Shown here one piece after another: positions 18,564 to 27,178 of a stretch of 45,127 nt of DNA. Source of the DNA: Candidatus Bathyarchaeia archaeon (lineage in GTDB: Archaea > Thermoproteota > Bathyarchaeia > Bathyarchaeales > Bathycorpusculaceae); the NCBI GenBank assembly GCA_049512075.1, contig JBEKXL010000019.1, positions 1-45,127 on the forward strand, given 5' to 3'. The notes beneath the pieces are model-generated. The model was given only the letters and a program-made list of their open reading frames with translations, was not told where the DNA came from and made no database searches. Positions within the stretch are counted from its first letter, which is position 1. Each line of letters opens with the position of its first letter. A program made the position numbers and the translations under genes.

Positions 18564-19436
18564 TTAGCGTGCAAGCTCTCTGCTTATTACTGGAGCAAGA
18601 GACACCTTGCTCACACTGCTTGGAACGCTGTCGGTGCCCACGATTTCTTCTACCCCAGTTTGGAGGATTAGTCGTTCTGCTTTCCCGATTAGTAGCGGAT
18701 GAACGCATGCAACATAGATTCGTTGGGGATTCAGTTCTTTCAGAATCTTCGCCGCTGCGACAATTGTTCCTCCGGAACTGACTATGTCATCGAAGATTAT
18801 GACGGTCTTGCTCTTTATGTCGAGGGTTTTCATTTCCATACTGACTTGTCCAGTATAGCGGTCCCTATTCTTTTCCAAATATCCGCATTCTCCGCCCAAG
18901 ATTTTTCTTGCTTCTTCAGCGATGTGAATCGCACCCTTGTCTGGTGAAAGCGCAAAAGCTTTCGCGTGGCCTTTCTTCACGAAGTATTCGGCAAGAAGGG
19001 GGATAGCGGAGACGCTTCGTGCTGGAAAAGGAAAGTGTGAGAGCACTTTGTCTTGATGAACGTTCACCGTTATCAGCTGCTCAACGCCGGCGGCTTTGAG
19101 CATGCGTGCGATTGTTTCGGCGCTTATGGGCTCGCCCTGGAGGAAGATTCTGTCTTGGCGTGCGTACGCCAAGTAGGGTACGATGGCTGTTACTTTTTTG
19201 GCGCCGTTTCTCTTTGCAGAGTCTGCCATGAGTGCTAGTTGAATGAGTCTAGTGTCTTGAGGAGGACTCGTCGTCTGAACTATAGCAACGTCTTCGTTTT
19301 GCAGTTGGCCTTCCAACCGCAAGTAGTTTTCGCCGTCTGGAAAAGTCTTAAAGGCCACGGGCACGGTTTCAGCTTTGAGAGTCTGGGCGACTTGTTTTCC
19401 CAGTTGTGTAGAAGCGGGTCCAAGGATTATCTTCAT
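18564..19436 (-). CDS. prs: Ribose-phosphate pyrophosphokinase
   Basis: FPDGE, PYLAYARQD, SPDKGA, DDIVSSGGT; probable start MKIILG. Confidence 0.95.
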   Translation of the reverse strand: MKIILGPASTQLGKQVAQTLKAETVPVAFKTFPDGENYLRLEGQLQNEDVAIVQTTSPPQDTRLIQLALMADSAKRNGAKKVTAIVPYLAYARQDRIFLQGEPISAETIARMLKAAGVEQLITVNVHQDKVLSHFPFPARSVSAIPLLAEYFVKKGHAKAFALSPDKGAIHIAEEARKILGGECGYLEKNRDRYTGQVSMEMKTLDIKSKTVIIFDDIVSSGGTIVAAAKILKELNPQRIYVACVHPLLIGKAERLILQTGVEEIVGTDSVPSSVSKVSLAPVISRELAR

Positions 19437-19473
19437 TTTTCTCGCCGTGTTTACAATGCCACGGGTTTGTCTT

Positions 19474-20757
19474 TTAGGTTTTCCCGGCTTCCTCGTATTG
19501 CTCGACGAGTTCTTTGGCTCTGTCCACGCGGACTTTGCGTTCTTCAACCATCTTCGCCGCTACCTTGTCGATGAGGTCTCCGGTTGCTCCCGCCGTGACA
19601 GCTATGTTTCTGGCGTGAAGTGACATGTGGCCACGCTGTATGCCTTCGTGCGCCAGCGCGCGTAATGCGCCGAGGTTCTGAGCCAAGCCCACGGCCGCGA
19701 GGACTTCGCCAAACTCGTTGGCAGTTTTTACACCGAGGATTTTTAAGGCTATCTTGGCTATCGGATGCGTCCTCACAGCGCCGCCTACTAGGCCAACTGC
19801 CATTGGCAGTTCAATGGAGCCGACTAGGTCGCCGTTTTCGTTCTTTTCCCATGTTGAAAGCGAAGTGTAATGGCCTGTCCTTGCCGCGTATGCGTGGGCT
19901 CCGGCTTCGATTGCCCTGTGATCGTTGCACGTTGCGAGTATGACCGCGATTATACCGTTCAGTATTCCCTTGTTATGGGTTGCCGCCCTGTACGGGTCTG
20001 CCGCTGCGAAAGCATAGGCGTTCACGATGCCGTCAACGATGTCTTCTCCGGCGACTGAAGCTTTTGGCACAAGGCATGAGGCTCTTACCAGACGTTTTGT
20101 GGCCAGGTTCGACACTATTCTCAAGTAGACATGACCGTTTGCTATGCGCTCTATCATAGGAGCCACTGCCTCGGCCATCGTGTTCACGGCATTCGGCCCC
20201 ATGGCGTCACGGCAGTCCACCTGCATTTCCACTATCAGCATCTGCCCCTGCGTCGTGCTGATTATCTTCGCTTCCACGTCCTTTGCCCCGCCCCCAGCTG
20301 AAACAAGCACGGGGTCCTGCTCGTTTGCTTTCTTCAAGATTTCGTCTCTTGACTGGATCACTCGCATCCTTGCCGCGTAGGGATCCTTGACGTTTACAAC
20401 CTGTATCTGTCCAATCATGATCGGCGGCGTGCTACTCGTGTGAAACCCACCGCCGTCTCTTGCCATCTTTGCGGCGTAGCTGGCCGCAGCCACGACTGAA
20501 GGCTCCTCGATGGCCATGGGAATTAGGTAGTCACGCTTGTTTATGAGAAAGTTTGTGCCTATGCCCAATGGCACGGGGAAGGCTCCTACTACGTTTTCGA
20601 TCATGCGGTCAGCCAAATCCATGGGCAAAGAGCCCGTGTTCTGTAACAGTTCAGTCTCTTCGTCCGTCAGATCGGCAAATTCCTTAACCGCAGCTAGGCG
20701 TTGTTTGGGGCTTAGCTTGTAAAAGCCTGAAATCAGCGAGGATTTTTGCATGCTCAT
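19474..20757 (-). CDS. mvaA: HMG-CoA reductase, class II
   Basis: ENVVG, EEPSVVAA, DAMGPN, THNKGI.NG, GIQRGHMSLH. Confidence 0.95.
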   Translation of the reverse strand: MSMQKSSLISGFYKLSPKQRLAAVKEFADLTDEETELLQNTGSLPMDLADRMIENVVGAFPVPLGIGTNFLINKRDYLIPMAIEEPSVVAAASYAAKMARDGGGFHTSSTPPIMIGQIQVVNVKDPYAARMRVIQSRDEILKKANEQDPVLVSAGGGAKDVEAKIISTTQGQMLIVEMQVDCRDAMGPNAVNTMAEAVAPMIERIANGHVYLRIVSNLATKRLVRASCLVPKASVAGEDIVDGIVNAYAFAAADPYRAATHNKGILNGIIAVILATCNDHRAIEAGAHAYAARTGHYTSLSTWEKNENGDLVGSIELPMAVGLVGGAVRTHPIAKIALKILGVKTANEFGEVLAAVGLAQNLGALRALAHEGIQRGHMSLHARNIAVTAGATGDLIDKVAAKMVEERKVRVDRAKELVEQYEEAGKT

Positions 20758-20830
20758 CTTTTCTCCTTGACTAGAGATTCAAAACATGGTTCACTCTGAG
20801 CTTTTTAAGTTTTGGCAGAATCGGCGCGCG

Positions 20831-21844
20831 CTAGACATCTCTTTTTGGCAGGGCTACTGCAGATATTCCTAGAGTTTTGCGGATTTCTTTTGCTAGGGTT
20901 TCGCCGTTGCTGACCCGTGAGTTGTCGGTTATGACGTGTTCAGGTTTTGAACGCCTCACGTATTCAAGCAAACCGTTGAAGTCTGAGTGGTCGCTGAGGG
21001 CTACCACGTACTCTTTGTTGTCGGTCTGGCGGATTGCTGAATCGAATTCCCATCCACTTACGAGAACACGGAAATTGTTCAGACCGACGTTGCTCCTGGA
21101 TTCCATGTGATAGAAGGCTACGCACGGTGCGTTGCTGTCTAGCAGTTTTTCCGTGTCTGGCTCTGTGGACAGCATCAGCCGTCCTATGTGCATGCCGTGT
21201 TTTTCGCAGACCTTTGAGACCTGAAAAACCTTCTCAGGCGCAAGGAAAGGAACGTTCAAGTCGGCCTCGTGTAGGATCTGCATGACCTCCTGAAGCTTCC
21301 CGTGATAACCGAAAACGTAGACCGTGCCTTGTTCCAGCCCCCTTTCAACTAGGGAAACTAGTGAGGCCTTGACGTTTGTTCCGAAAGAGCGTTTGCAGGC
21401 TGGGCTTCCATACGTGGCTTCGATGACAAGAACGTCTGATTCAAGGACGGGAGTGTCGTCGATTCTGAAGTCCCCTGTGAAGACTATCCGTTTTCCCTCA
21501 AAATCTTCAACCAGCACTTGAGCCGCTCCTAGAATGTGGTCGGCCTTGAAAAATGTTATCCGTTCTCCATCATACCGTATGGTTTGGCCGTAGTCAAGGG
21601 TTTCTACCAAGCCACCCAACAGAAAAAGCGGGCTCCGCATGACATCGATCATGTCTTTCGTGGCTTTCGTCATCAAGACCTTCTTGCACGCTCTCAAGCT
21701 CTGCCTCAATCCCACCATGTGGTCAGCGTGAGCATGAGTGACAACTCGGAGGGGTTTGGACTCCTCAAAAGCGTCACACGCGACATTCTTGCCGAGAAGG
21801 ACAGCACCGCGATCTGTTACGGTAGCTCTTGAGGACAAAGCCAT
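20831..21844 (-). CDS. MBL-fold (beta-CASP-like) nuclease
   Basis: THAHADH, HILGAAQ, TGDF, IEATYG, LSDHSDF; TAATG overlap with the upstream gene. Confidence 0.85.
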   Translation of the reverse strand: MALSSRATVTDRGAVLLGKNVACDAFEESKPLRVVTHAHADHMVGLRQSLRACKKVLMTKATKDMIDVMRSPLFLLGGLVETLDYGQTIRYDGERITFFKADHILGAAQVLVEDFEGKRIVFTGDFRIDDTPVLESDVLVIEATYGSPACKRSFGTNVKASLVSLVERGLEQGTVYVFGYHGKLQEVMQILHEADLNVPFLAPEKVFQVSKVCEKHGMHIGRLMLSTEPDTEKLLDSNAPCVAFYHMESRSNVGLNNFRVLVSGWEFDSAIRQTDNKEYVVALSDHSDFNGLLEYVRRSKPEHVITDNSRVSNGETLAKEIRKTLGISAVALPKRDV

Positions 21845-22260
21845 TACCACCCGTGTTTCTGCGTTATCCTCGGGGCTAGCCACTCAACGAGTTCCCGGGG
21901 GTCTCTACACTCTATCTTGACCTTTATGGGTCCTAGGGGGGATTCTGCGTTTTCTTTGGAGAAGGAAATGTGTCCGACGTATGCCACCTGCTTGTTCAAG
22001 CAGAACCTGATGGCCTTCTTCTCCATGCCTTCGAGAAAGACGGCTCGGGCAGCGCCGCGAATGTGTTCCCGGCGAAGAAGATCACACAGTCTAGTGAGTG
22101 ATTCTTTTCCTTTACCTTCCCCTACCAGAAGGCTTGCCTTATGAAGAGGTTTCACCTGCAGGTTTACGTCTCCGAAGATGTTCCTGACGGCCTCTTCCAC
22201 TTTTTCTTGTGATTCTGTAGAGTTGATTTCGGTTTCCACGTGAAGGCTTATTTCTTCCAT
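21844..22260 (-). CDS. UPF0201/DUF54 RNA-binding domain protein
   Basis: TES.EKV..AV.NIF, LNKQVAYVG.ISF, SPLGPI. Confidence 0.88.
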   Translation of the reverse strand: MEEISLHVETEINSTESQEKVEEAVRNIFGDVNLQVKPLHKASLLVGEGKGKESLTRLCDLLRREHIRGAARAVFLEGMEKKAIRFCLNKQVAYVGHISFSKENAESPLGPIKVKIECRDPRELVEWLAPRITQKHGW

Positions 22261-22814
22261 TTCTCCTCCACCTTCCTCAAGACGTGCTTGACCCTGTTTC
22301 TCACGACTTCCAAGGCTTCCTCGTTCACTACAGTATACTCTGCCATGGCGATGACGTTGCCCAGTCCGACGCCGAGTTCGCGCAGGTCTCTTTCGTGAAA
22401 AACGTCCCAGCCTTCAGCGTCATCACTTCTTCGCCTCCGGTAAAGCCTCTGGAACCGCGTTTCTGGAGAGGAACAGATGGCTATGAGGTTAAACTTCGGA
22501 AAACGCTTTTTGAATTCCTCAACTTCGTCCAGGCTTCTTATCCCGTCTACGACGACTTTGTGTTTTTTCGCTTCTTCTATTTTCGGGATGCATCTTTTGG
22601 CTATGACATCTTTTCCTTCCTTTTCTCGCAGTTCCAGCATTATTTTTCCGATGTTCTCGGGGTTTGGCTGCAAGTTTTTCTTTTCTGCTTCCTGTCTCAC
22701 CACGTCGCCCATCACCACCGCATCGTAGCCGTTTTCCTTTGCAACTTTGAGGACGAGAGATTTTCCTGAGCCTGGCATGCCCGCCACGCCTAGTACGAGT
22801 TTCTGGTCAGCCAT
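22248..22814 (-). CDS. UPF0200 nucleotide kinase (dephospho-CoA kinase-like P-loop)
   Basis: GMPGSGKS, MGDVVR, VDGIRS, RD.REL..G. Confidence 0.88.
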   Translation of the reverse strand: MADQKLVLGVAGMPGSGKSLVLKVAKENGYDAVVMGDVVRQEAEKKNLQPNPENIGKIMLELREKEGKDVIAKRCIPKIEEAKKHKVVVDGIRSLDEVEEFKKRFPKFNLIAICSSPETRFQRLYRRRRSDDAEGWDVFHERDLRELGVGLGNVIAMAEYTVVNEEALEVVRNRVKHVLRKVEEKWKK

Positions 22815-22913
22815 CTTTCTTGCCCTTGAAAATGTTCTGGTTGTTCAACAGATAGTCTTTTTTACATTAAAAGCGTTTATGACAGCAAATAGTGTACAGG
22901 CGGTGGAGTGCGC

Positions 22914-23480
22914 GTGTCAGAGCCGATTAGGAGTTTTGTAGCGTTCGACATGGACAGCGAGTCTGTTTTGAAGAGGCTGACGGAGGTGCAGGCGCTGCTG
23001 GCAGGAACGGGCGCGGATTTGAAAGTTGTTGAGCCTAAGAACATCCATATAACCGTTAGGTTTCTTGGAAACGTCACGGCGAGAAAGGTTGAAGAGATTT
23101 TTGATGGCATGAAGAGGGCGCTGTTTGTTCCTTTCGACGTTAAGATTTGTGGTGTGGGCGCTTTTCCAGACGTACGCTACCCGCGCGTTGTGTGGGCAGG
23201 TATAACCGAGGGCGCTGACAAACTGCGAGGAATCTTCAGTCAACTGGAGCCTCATCTGCGGAGTTTGGGGTTTGCGCCTGATCCCAAGGGCTTCAGTCCG
23301 CACCTGACGATTGCCCGGGTAAGGTCCGGGAGGAACAAGGCTGAGCTTGCCAAATTCATCAGTGAAAACGTGGGTTACGAGTTTGGAACTGTTAGAGCTG
23401 CATGTTTACGGCTAAAGAGAAGCGAGTTGACACCGAAGGGACCCGTTTACTCGACGCTCAAAGAGGTCTGCCCGCAATGA
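22914..23480 (+). CDS. thpR: RNA 2',3'-cyclic phosphodiesterase (2H)
   Basis: Two HxT motifs: HITVRFLG and PHLTIARV. Confidence 0.95.
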   Translation: MSEPIRSFVAFDMDSESVLKRLTEVQALLAGTGADLKVVEPKNIHITVRFLGNVTARKVEEIFDGMKRALFVPFDVKICGVGAFPDVRYPRVVWAGITEGADKLRGIFSQLEPHLRSLGFAPDPKGFSPHLTIARVRSGRNKAELAKFISENVGYEFGTVRAACLRLKRSELTPKGPVYSTLKEVCPQ

Positions 23481-23499
23481 TGAGAAGAAGGACCCGTTA

Positions 23500-24930
23500 A
23501 TGCAAGAGAAAATGGAAACAGTCCTTTCCACCGTTCTGAAACAAGTCACGCCCAAAGACGATGAACGCTCCAAAATGAACGCGCTGGCCAAGAAACTGGA
23601 GACGAAAGTTGCTTCTGCATCGAAGCGTTTGGGTGTGAAAGCCATAGTGCGAGTGGAGGGGTCGTTTGCCAAGGACACGTGGCTGAGCAGTGAACTGGAC
23701 ATCGACGTTTTCATGCGGGTCCCCCGTTCGATTCCGAAAGAGTCACTGGGCGACGCTTGCCTAAAGATTGCCAGAAAGGCAACGGAAGGTTCGATGCAGA
23801 TTGAGAGGTTTGCTGAACATCCATATCTGGAGGCCATAGTTGAAGGCGTCAGAGTGAACGTTGTGCCATGCTACGCTGCTAAACGTGGCGAATGGTTGAG
23901 CGCTACTGACAGAACGCCATTCCACACTGACTACGTTAACAAGCGTTTGGACAAACCGATGCGAAATGAAACGCGCTTGCTGAAGAAGTTCATGAAAGGC
24001 ACTGGCGTGTATGGTGCAGAGATTAAGGTCGGCGGTTTCAGCGGTTACCTCTGCGAACTCTTAATCCTGTATTACAAAACCTTCACAAAGACGTTGGAAG
24101 CCTTCGCCAAAAGCAAACAGAGAATCATCGTGGACATCGAGAACCACTACAAAAACAGAGAGAATGAACTCTTTCTTCTCTTTGATGAACCACTGGTCAT
24201 CGTAGATCCGGTAGATAGGGCAAGAAACGTGGCTTCCGCAGTACAAACACAGAAGCTCTACAGCTTCATAGCCGCGGCACAAGCTTTCCTAAGAAAACCG
24301 AACACTGAATTCTTCTATCCGCGGAAGACGACGGCACTAAGCGCGGAGGAAATGGAAAAGGGATTGAAGAATCGTGGCTCGAAAATCGTTTTTGTGGTTT
24401 TCAACGGCGTCAAGACCGTACCCGACGTGTTGTGGGGCCAGCTCTACAAGAGCCAACGTTCTCTCCGCAAGCTTGTGCAACTGAGCGACTTCAAGATTTT
24501 GCGAGACCTTGCATGGAGTGACGAGAAAAACTCAAGCATGTTCATATTCGAGCTTGAACACTGCTGCATTTCGCCTGTCAAGAAGCACTTGGGACCGCCG
24601 TTGGACAAGGAGAAGGAATGTGAAAAATTCGTCATGAAATACGCGGACAGCAAGGACACGGTTTGTGGACCCTATGTGGAGGACGGCAGATGGGCTGTCT
24701 TGGTTCGGCGGAAATCTACTGATGTCTGTGACCTGTTCAGGCAGAGGTTAAAGGATGGGGGAAGAAGCGCAGGTGTGGCTGAGGGAATCTCGCAGGTTCT
24801 CAAGAAAAGTTTCACAGTTCTAGTCAACGAGGAAATTGCTGAAGTCTACAAAACCAACGGCGAGTTCGCCATATTTTTGACGGAGTTCTTGCAGGGCAAG
24901 CCTAAATGGTTAGAATCCCGGTCAGCGTGA
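23500..24930 (+). CDS. cca: Archaeal CCA-adding enzyme (class I)
   Basis: GSFAKDTWL..ELDIDVF, AEHPY, DRTPFH, GVYGAE, GFSGYLCELL, DPVD..RNVA. Confidence 0.96.
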   Translation: MQEKMETVLSTVLKQVTPKDDERSKMNALAKKLETKVASASKRLGVKAIVRVEGSFAKDTWLSSELDIDVFMRVPRSIPKESLGDACLKIARKATEGSMQIERFAEHPYLEAIVEGVRVNVVPCYAAKRGEWLSATDRTPFHTDYVNKRLDKPMRNETRLLKKFMKGTGVYGAEIKVGGFSGYLCELLILYYKTFTKTLEAFAKSKQRIIVDIENHYKNRENELFLLFDEPLVIVDPVDRARNVASAVQTQKLYSFIAAAQAFLRKPNTEFFYPRKTTALSAEEMEKGLKNRGSKIVFVVFNGVKTVPDVLWGQLYKSQRSLRKLVQLSDFKILRDLAWSDEKNSSMFIFELEHCCISPVKKHLGPPLDKEKECEKFVMKYADSKDTVCGPYVEDGRWAVLVRRKSTDVCDLFRQRLKDGGRSAGVAEGISQVLKKSFTVLVNEEIAEVYKTNGEFAIFLTEFLQGKPKWLESRSA

Positions 24931-26179
24931 GAACGATTAGAGTTATTCCGAGTATCCAAGTGTAGAATGCGAAGTAATGGAATCTCTTACTCCTCACCAA
25001 GTTTGAGACGACTCTTATCGCAATGTAGCCCGCAACCGCGGCCAGAACCACGCCGACCAACAATGTTGTGGAACTTATGTTTTGGACGGCGAATTGACCG
25101 CGATTATGGTATGCTTCGAAGGCCGTGTCTCCTATTATCGCGGGGATTGAGAGAAGGAATGAGAACCTGAATGCATTTTCTCTTTTCAACCCCAGCAGCA
25201 GGGCGGTTGAGATAGTGGCCCCGCTTCTGGACAGGCCTGGAAAACTCGCGAGTCCCTGAGCGACACCCATGATGAACGCTGTCAAAGGGGTTATGGTGCC
25301 GAGGTTTTCTTTTCCAAGTCTAGAAGTGTAAAGCCATGTAGCACCGACTAGGAACGTCACGCCGATTATGAATAGTGTTTGGAAAGTTTGTTCGAGGAAT
25401 TCGGCATAGAGTACCCCGATTATTCCTGTGGGTATAGTTGCCACGACTATGAGCGGTATGAGCCGACCATATTCTGACGTGAAGTCCAGATGCACCAACG
25501 CCGTGAGTATGTCCTTGACGTCTTTTCTGAAGTAAAAAACGACCACTATTAGCGTTCCGAGATGAAGGGTTACATCCAAGAGCGGTGTAACTTCCAAGTT
25601 CATCAAGTGCTGAGCTATTTTCAGGTGGGCAGTGCTCGAGACGGGTAGCCATTCTGTCAGGCCTTGGATTATGCCCAGTGGAACTATTTCCAGAATGCTC
25701 ACATTTCCTATTGCAAAATAGACTGTCTGGGAGGACCCCATCATGCCAGCGGTGTCATTGGCATAAACGACAATGGAGTGCGATCCTTCGGCGAGGTTGG
25801 CCAAAGTCGTATTCACGAGTGTCGTGATGTTTGACTGCCCGTCCAAACTGTAACCGGCCCATGAGATAGATGCATTCACGGTGAACGTCAAAGGTAGTCT
25901 CGACACTGTGAACGTCGTGTTTTCGGGCGACAAAATCGAGATGTTTAAACCAATCTCGTTTGCAGTTAGAAAAGTCGCATAGGGCGAGTCTGCACTTGAA
26001 GCAACGGCGCTTACGCAACTTGTACGACCGCTACCTGCGAACAGCATCAGGCCGAAAATGAGCGTGCAAACTGACAACAAGAGAATCGGTCGCGCAGTCT
26101 TTTGACAGGCCAACCTGATCTGTTTGAGCCTCGGAGCTTTGCACAAATTCAGATTGTTCTTACGTGCTACGTTTGCCAA
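24902..26179 (-). CDS. uppP: Undecaprenyl-diphosphate phosphatase (UppP/BacA) with N-terminal TM and Ig-like extension
   Basis: GIIQGLTEWLPVSSTAHL, FPGLSRSGATI, FSFLLSIPA; preceded in frame by an ILSPEN..YSLDG..HSIVVYANDTAG module; start uncertain. Confidence 0.88.
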   Translation of the reverse strand: MANVARKNNLNLCKAPRLKQIRLACQKTARPILLLSVCTLIFGLMLFAGSGRTSCVSAVASSADSPYATFLTANEIGLNISILSPENTTFTVSRLPLTFTVNASISWAGYSLDGQSNITTLVNTTLANLAEGSHSIVVYANDTAGMMGSSQTVYFAIGNVSILEIVPLGIIQGLTEWLPVSSTAHLKIAQHLMNLEVTPLLDVTLHLGTLIVVVFYFRKDVKDILTALVHLDFTSEYGRLIPLIVVATIPTGIIGVLYAEFLEQTFQTLFIIGVTFLVGATWLYTSRLGKENLGTITPLTAFIMGVAQGLASFPGLSRSGATISTALLLGLKRENAFRFSFLLSIPAIIGDTAFEAYHNRGQFAVQNISSTTLLVGVVLAAVAGYIAIRVVSNLVRSKRFHYFAFYTWILGITLIVLTLTGILTI

Positions 26180-26260
26180 GTTGATCCTCCGAATGGACGT
26201 TTCGGATTAGTTTTAAGAGATAGTGAAGATAAGTTGTTTATACGCGTGGTGGTGTCGTCG

Positions 26261-26800
26261 GTGAGTGAGTACCCTCTTGGAAGTGCTGAAGACCGAAAAA
26301 TGCTTTCTTCTATACCTATAGAAAGGTTGGTGGATTACTTGTTCCTTCAAGCCCGAAACCTGTGGAGAGTTGACGGACTATACTTTCTGGGCATCGAGAA
26401 AAAGTTCGGCACAGAAGCTGCAACAGAGATTGATGCCGGCGTGTGGGAAGCCATGGCTGGAATCGAAGCGAAGAGCCTTCAGAAAATGTTCAAAGTCGGA
26501 GAAAACCCTGACGTGGCCAAGATACTGGAACTCCTGCAGAAGTCAAGCTGGGCTCTGGATCAACCCTTCAAGACCACCGAAATAAGCAATGAACACGCAG
26601 TTCTCAGCGTGGGCAGGTGCAGAACCCAGGAGACCCGTTTAAGCAAGGGATTAGGCGAGTTTCCATGCAAGAAAGTACGGTTTGGCTACTTGAGAAATTT
26701 CGTAAAGACGTTGAACCCGAAAGTTGAGGTCAAATGCCAAGTCTGCCCACCCGACAAACACCCCAAAGACTCATGGTGCAAATGGGAATTCACACTGTGA
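26261..26800 (+). CDS. DUF6125-like (V4R-related) protein
   Basis: W..DGLYFLGIE..FG.EAA..ID..VW, CRTQ..R, FPCK, CPPD.HP...WCKWEF. Confidence 0.8.
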   Translation: MSEYPLGSAEDRKMLSSIPIERLVDYLFLQARNLWRVDGLYFLGIEKKFGTEAATEIDAGVWEAMAGIEAKSLQKMFKVGENPDVAKILELLQKSSWALDQPFKTTEISNEHAVLSVGRCRTQETRLSKGLGEFPCKKVRFGYLRNFVKTLNPKVEVKCQVCPPDKHPKDSWCKWEFTL

Positions 26801-27098
26801 TTTTCGGAATTTGCATTTTCTGTTTTCGCTTGCGGAAAAGCGTAAGCTCATCTTTCTGGCCAGCGGAAGAGTTGCCCTCACATAGCGCGCGCCTTCTACC
26901 TTGGGACTGAGAAAACGCTTTAGCTTTAGGAATACCTTCAAAAGTTGCCAAGGAAGGCAGAATTGTTGAATTTCAAGAACTCAGCATCTTCTTGGATGAA
27001 GCCAATGTCTCCGATAACGAATAGGTTATTGGTGGTTGGACCATAGAACTTTGTACCTATAAACTTTAAAAGGTCAAAGCTTGCATATTATAATTGAA

Positions 27099-27154
27099 TC
27101 ATTGAGAAATCGATTTCCCTTCAACTGCTGAGGGGGTGGTACGTTTCTCAATGA
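27099..27154 (+). promoter_or_regulatory. Long hairpin upstream of the secreted dockerin protein
   Basis: TCATTGAGAAA / TTTCTCAATGA perfect 11-bp stem plus inner CCCTTCA / TGAGGGG stem. Confidence 0.5.
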
Positions 27155-27178
27155 AATAGAAATGGAGAAAGGGTAAAC

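Noticed and set aside
10612-21844. Lhr plus MBL exonuclease as the bacterial ligase-associated DNA repair cluster
   Set aside because: The genes are 7 kb apart on opposite strands, with no ligase or metallophosphoesterase partner here.
16587-24930. rnz-trm11-prs and UPF0200/UPF0201/thpR/cca cluster as a novel RNA repair system
   Set aside because: These are well-known archaeal housekeeping genes that are commonly neighbours.
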